Shown here one piece after another: positions 22,165-25,963 of a DNA stretch of 25,963 nt. This DNA comes from a virus (Duplodnaviria; Caudoviricetes). The stretch is from positions 1 through 25,963 of IMG/VR virus record IMGVR_UViG_3300036783_000247; one strand, given 5' to 3'. Made by a program: the position numbers and the translations under genes. The notes under the pieces are model-generated. The model was not told the origin of the DNA. It made no database searches and saw nothing but the letters and a program-made list of their open reading frames with translations. Position 1 is the first letter of the stretch. Every line of letters starts with the position of its first letter.

Positions 22165-24836
22165 ATCGCATGTGGACGGCGCTGGGCTCGACCGGCACGC
22201 CGCTGGAGGAAAAGAACGTCGCGGCGCCGGAGGAGCTCAAGCCGCCTAGCGCGGAGCAGGTGCGGCGCACCGGCTACGAGTACGGCATCCCGCTGGCGTC
22301 GATGACCAGCAGCGTACAGGTCGCCGCGTCCAGCGAGCGGCAGCAGATCCTCAACCAGCTCCACCAGCTGTACATGTCCTGCGACTGGGTCAGCTCCGCG
22401 ATCGACGTGATCGCCCGCACCGTCACCGCCGGCGGCCTGCAGGTCGTGTCCGACGCCGATGTCACCGAAGGCGACATCATGGACGACCCGCCGCCGGTGG
22501 TACGGCTCAAGCGGTTGGCGCGCTACACGAACCCGCGCGAGGACATGATCCAACTGCTGCGCGGGGTGCTGATCGACCTGCTGCTGTTCGGCGACGCGTA
22601 CCTTGAAGTGGTGACGCTGCTGGACGAGCCGGTCGCGCTCTACAGTCTGGACGCCACCACGATGACGGTGATCGCCGACCAGCACGGCGAAGTTTTGGGG
22701 TACAGCCAGGATGTCGATGGCGTCCGCTCGGCGGACTTCACGCCCGACCAGGTCATCCACTTCAGCCTCGACGCACCGCGCGGCGGCCTGTACGGGGTGA
22801 GCCCGGCCCAGAAGGCACTTCTGCCGGCCACGGCATGGCTGTTCACCATGGCCACACTCAAGGAATGTTTCCGGCGCGGCGACCCGCCGCGGGTGCATGT
22901 GGACCTGGGGCACTACAACGACACCGACATCCAGAAGTGGCGCGAGCAGTACACGGTGTACAACCTGGGTCCGAAGAGCGTCGGCGCGCCGCTGATCACC
23001 ACCGGCGGCGGCGTCGTGCAGGTGCTGGACCCCCGCAAGGTCGTCGACTACCTCGACACCGCGCGGCAGCTGCGCGACGAGATCGTGAGTGCGTTCGGTG
23101 TGCCGCCGTCGAAGTTGGGCATCATCGAGACCGGCAACCTTGGTGGCGGTACAGCAGAGGGTCAGGATAAGTCGTTCAGGGTCAACACGGTCATCCCGAT
23201 CGGGAACCTCATCCTGGAGAAGTTGAACTTCCACCTGCTTCAGCAGGGGTTCGGGATCTACAACTACCACCTGACGTTCGCCGAGATCGACTTCCGCGAC
23301 TCCAAGATCGTCGAGGAAATCCGGGACATCCGGCTGCGCAATGGATCGTACTGCGTCGACGAGGAGACGGAGATTCTCACCTCGGCCGGCTGGAAGCACT
23401 ACGACACGCTTCAGGCTGGCGACGCAGTGCTGACGCTCAACCATCAGACCGGCGAGTCGGAGTGGCAGCCGTGCCAGGAGGTGTGCGTCTTCCCGGCGGA
23501 TCGGCGCGAGATGGTACGCACGCGCGTGCGCGGGCACTCGTCACTGACGACGCCTAACCATCGGTGGCCGGTGGTGCGCTACAACCTTGCCGCCCGCGAG
23601 TGGCGCCGCGTGTGGACAACCAGCGAACGCCAGACCGTGTGGGACCGCGTGCTGCGTGCCGCACCGCGGGCCGACTGCCCGGTTGAGGCGGTGCACGAGG
23701 ACGCTTTCGTCGAGCTGGTGGCCTGGTTCTGGACCGAGGGGCACGCACCGGCACGCAATCGATTCGTGACAATCTGTCAGAAAAAGCCGGAGGGTGTAGA
23801 GCGCATCCGCGCTGCCCTGGAAAAGCTGTTCGGACCGCCTTACGAGCAGTCGAAGTACCACCGTACGTCGGATCCAGGCTGCTGGATCGAACGACTGCAG
23901 GGCAACGACGGGAAGCGTAGCTTCCGCATCGCCGCGTCACACGGGCAGCTGTTCCGCGATGTCGTGGCCGACCATGTCGTCAGCACCGAGTTCCTGATGT
24001 CGCTGACACAGCGGCAACTCGACCTGTTCATCGAAGTCTCGCTGATGGCAGACGGTGACAACAGCGTGTCAGGGCAGGCCAAGCTGGGCCAGAAGAGGCG
24101 GGAGGCCGCCGAGCAGTTCCAGCTGGCCTGCATCCTGTCTGGCCGCTCGGCAACCATCACAGAGCGCGTGTTCGCGCGTGACGGCTACCGCATGTGGATG
24201 GTCAACGTCGACAAGGTCGGCTCGGTTATGCCGAAGAAGGCCGTCAAGACCGGGTCTGGCGCGGTTATGGAGACCGTGACACACAACGGGATTGTGTGGT
24301 GCCCGCGCACTCCGAATCAGAGCTGGATGGCCCGACGTGACGGCACCGTGTACTTCACGGGAAACACCCTCAACCGCTACCGCGACGAGATCGGGGAGCC
24401 TCCGGTGCCCGGCGGCGACGTCGCGATCATCGTCGACCGCACCGGTTCCCTCGCGTGGGATGACGTCGAGGCGATGTCCAAGGCCAACGTCGCCTACCGC
24501 GTCGCCCCGCTCACCCAGGCCGGCGTCAACGGCTACGTGCCCGGCGTGCCTGACCCGGAAGAGGAGCCGGCGACCGATCTCGGCCCCGACCACACGCCGG
24601 TGCGCCGCGGCGACCCGGGCCTGCCGCCGCCGGCCAAGACCGACGACCGCAAGCCCGGCGCCAAGCAGGACCCCACCGCGGTGCCCGGCGGCAGCAAGGA
24701 CGCCACGCAGGGCAAGGCGCCCAAGGAGGACGCCGCCCAGCGGGACAACCGCCGACTGACCGAGGCGTGGCAGAAGGCCTACCGGGCACGACGCGCCCAG
24801 GCGCTGCGCGAGCTGCCGAAGGAGGACGTGGCGTGA
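22152..24836 (+). CDS. HK97-family portal protein containing an intein (about 556 aa after splicing)
   Basis: 'SAIDVIARTV', 'DLLLFGDAY', 'DQVIHF', 'GLYGVSP', 'IVSAFGVPPSKLG', and NGSY|TLNRYR rejoined across the insert; follows terL. Confidence 0.92.
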   Translation: MGWLNRMWTALGSTGTPLEEKNVAAPEELKPPSAEQVRRTGYEYGIPLASMTSSVQVAASSERQQILNQLHQLYMSCDWVSSAIDVIARTVTAGGLQVVSDADVTEGDIMDDPPPVVRLKRLARYTNPREDMIQLLRGVLIDLLLFGDAYLEVVTLLDEPVALYSLDATTMTVIADQHGEVLGYSQDVDGVRSADFTPDQVIHFSLDAPRGGLYGVSPAQKALLPATAWLFTMATLKECFRRGDPPRVHVDLGHYNDTDIQKWREQYTVYNLGPKSVGAPLITTGGGVVQVLDPRKVVDYLDTARQLRDEIVSAFGVPPSKLGIIETGNLGGGTAEGQDKSFRVNTVIPIGNLILEKLNFHLLQQGFGIYNYHLTFAEIDFRDSKIVEEIRDIRLRNGSYCVDEETEILTSAGWKHYDTLQAGDAVLTLNHQTGESEWQPCQEVCVFPADRREMVRTRVRGHSSLTTPNHRWPVVRYNLAAREWRRVWTTSERQTVWDRVLRAAPRADCPVEAVHEDAFVELVAWFWTEGHAPARNRFVTICQKKPEGVERIRAALEKLFGPPYEQSKYHRTSDPGCWIERLQGNDGKRSFRIAASHGQLFRDVVADHVVSTEFLMSLTQRQLDLFIEVSLMADGDNSVSGQAKLGQKRREAAEQFQLACILSGRSATITERVFARDGYRMWMVNVDKVGSVMPKKAVKTGSGAVMETVTHNGIVWCPRTPNQSWMARRDGTVYFTGNTLNRYRDEIGEPPVPGGDVAIIVDRTGSLAWDDVEAMSKANVAYRVAPLTQAGVNGYVPGVPDPEEEPATDLGPDHTPVRRGDPGLPPPAKTDDRKPGAKQDPTAVPGGSKDATQGKAPKEDAAQRDNRRLTEAWQKAYRARRAQALRELPKEDVA
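23352..24365 (+). mobile_element. Intein with LAGLIDADG-type homing endonuclease (338 aa)
   Basis: Block A CVDEETEILT; block B TTPNHRW; endonuclease blocks ELVAWFWTEG and EVSLMADG; block F VWCPRT; C-terminus YFTGN followed by Thr(+1). Confidence 0.92.
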
Positions 24837-25033
24837 TCGAGCACGAGATCGCCAAGGCCGGACGCGCCAACTACGAGGCGTACTGCGCGGCGGTCAAGGG
24901 CCTGTCTGTCCGCGGCGACATCCTGCTGACCTGGGAGCAGTTGTGCTCGGCCAGTCCCGATGCGGCCGCCGCGTGGTCGCGCGGAGCCGCGGCGGTGGCC
25001 GATCTGATCGCCCGAGATGAGGTGTGGTCGTGA
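24833..25033 (+). CDS. Small hypothetical phage protein (66 aa)
   Basis: GTGA coupling, AAGGAGG upstream; 'YEAYC...LTWEQL...AW..GAAAV'. Confidence 0.65.
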   Translation: MIEHEIAKAGRANYEAYCAAVKGLSVRGDILLTWEQLCSASPDAAAAWSRGAAAVADLIARDEVWS

Positions 25034-25266
25034 CAACGCTGCGTGCTGACGACGCCGCGCCGCTGGTCGAGGGGTGCGTGCCGGGGGAGCCGATCGTCGA
25101 TGACGAGTCCCGCTCGGATCTGCCGCTGACGCTGTGGGAGGCACACCGGCGGATGATCATGGACCGGCTCAATGAGGAGTTGCGGCACCTGTGGCCGGAG
25201 GGCTACCGCCTGGTGTGGGAGGAGGTGCCGCTCGATGGATCCGGGACACCCGACGCGGGCTGTTGA
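25030..25266 (+). CDS. Small acidic hypothetical protein (78 aa)
   Basis: GTGA coupling; GAGGT RBS. Confidence 0.55.
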   Translation: MTTLRADDAAPLVEGCVPGEPIVDDESRSDLPLTLWEAHRRMIMDRLNEELRHLWPEGYRLVWEEVPLDGSGTPDAGC

Positions 25267-25300
25267 CGTGCTGCCGCTGATTGCGAAGCGAGTGGGGTAG

Positions 25301-25376
25301 CGACGGGGGCAGGACTCGAACCTGCGTCCTCCGCACCCGTGGTGCGGCGCTCTTGCCTGACCCGAGCTACCCCGTC
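25301..25376 (-). tRNA. tRNA-like cloverleaf, nominal anticodon ACG (Arg), probably atypical or pseudo
   Basis: Minus strand: GACGGGG TA GCTC GGGTCAGGCAA GAGC G CCGCA CCACGGG TGCGG AGGAC GCAGG TTCGAGT CCTGC CCCCGTC G (cta). All four stems pair perfectly; C33 replaces U33, G14 replaces A14, CTA replaces CCA. Confidence 0.7.
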
Positions 25377-25445
25377 ATCACTGCCTTTCTCGACTACCCC
25401 AGGCCGCCGCCATCGAATCTCAGCGACCACAAAGGACGGTCTTTC

Positions 25446-25963
25446 GTGCCACAGGCGGGCGAGCAGGACACCATCGTCACCGGGCGCTACAACGCCGGCA
25501 ATCTGATCATCGACGGGGCGTACACCAACTCCGTCACCCTGACCGACCAGGCCACCGCGCCGGCGACGCCCACGGGCGGGTCGGTGCTGTACTCGATGTC
25601 CGGCGTGCCGACCCTCAAGGACGCGGCCGGCAATGTGGTCGCGCTGAAGAACGCCGACCCCACCGCGCTCGATTCCGGGCTGCTTGCCTGGACGTTCGAT
25701 CCCGCCGGCGCCACCCAGACGTTCCTGACCACCGCGGGTGTGCTGTATCTGAGCCGTGTGGTGCTGACCAGCCAGCAGACCATCACCAACGGTCTGGTCG
25801 GATTGACCACTGCCGGTGGCACGCTGACCAGCAGCCAGAACTTCCTGGCGCTGTACAACTCGGCCGGCACCCGCATCGCAGTGTCGGCGGACCAGTCCAC
25901 GGCGTTCGCCACGGCCGGCCTGATCACGGCGGCGTGGACCACGCCGGTCGCGGGCGCGACGCC
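25446..25963 (+). CDS. Putative virion fibre/decoration protein, truncated by the window end
   Basis: Not in the ORF track; AAAGGA RBS, GTG 25446: MPQAGEQDTIVTG...APATPTGGSVLY...LLAWTFDP...GVLYLSRV...QNFLALYNSAGTRIAVSADQS; frame open to the end. Confidence 0.7.
   Translation, partial: MPQAGEQDTIVTGRYNAGNLIIDGAYTNSVTLTDQATAPATPTGGSVLYSMSGVPTLKDAAGNVVALKNADPTALDSGLLAWTFDPAGATQTFLTTAGVLYLSRVVLTSQQTITNGLVGLTTAGGTLTSSQNFLALYNSAGTRIAVSADQSTAFATAGLITAAWTTPVAGAT

Larger units (their letters stand above)
1..25963. mobile_element. Actinobacterial prophage or plasmid-phage region carrying a TraB-type conjugation module (both ends outside the window)
   Basis: TerS, TerL, portal and virion-like genes on the right; GntR-spd-traB module on the left; small phage-type ORFs between; no housekeeping genes recognised. 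Confidence 0.85.

Noticed and set aside
20587-23537. Long minus-strand ORFs of 485 and 590 aa
   Set aside because: Opposite terL and portal, which carry clear conserved motifs.
25301-25376. att site formed by a host tRNA
   Set aside because: Phage-like genes continue on both sides, no duplicate of its 3' end was noticed and no integrase is nearby.

Overview
High-GC actinobacterial mobile element spanning the whole window; I see no host housekeeping genes. Left (671-9426): a Streptomyces/AICE-type conjugation module. It has a divergent KorSA/TraR-like GntR-UTRA repressor with a coupled GNAT, a DUF6284-like first gene, several Spd-like membrane proteins and an FtsK/SpoIIIE-type TraB translocase, and it lies next to a truncated HTH replication-initiator-like gene. 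A dense two-orientation array of the 8-mer GAGCAACG (21 perfect copies) sits inside one membrane-protein gene and looks like a clt/TRS transfer locus. Middle (9453-13921): small phage-like genes, strong hairpins and two HTH regulators. Right (14137-end): tailed-phage late genes, including Thr/Ala/Gly-rich virion-like proteins, an 18-aa-repeat fibre-like protein, a ParB-like protein, small and large terminases and an HK97-type portal split by a LAGLIDADG intein, plus an antisense tRNA-like cloverleaf. No integrase, excisionase or RepSA separates the two halves, so the best reading is a conjugative phage or plasmid-phage hybrid. Family assignments come from motif recognition by eye, not database searches.
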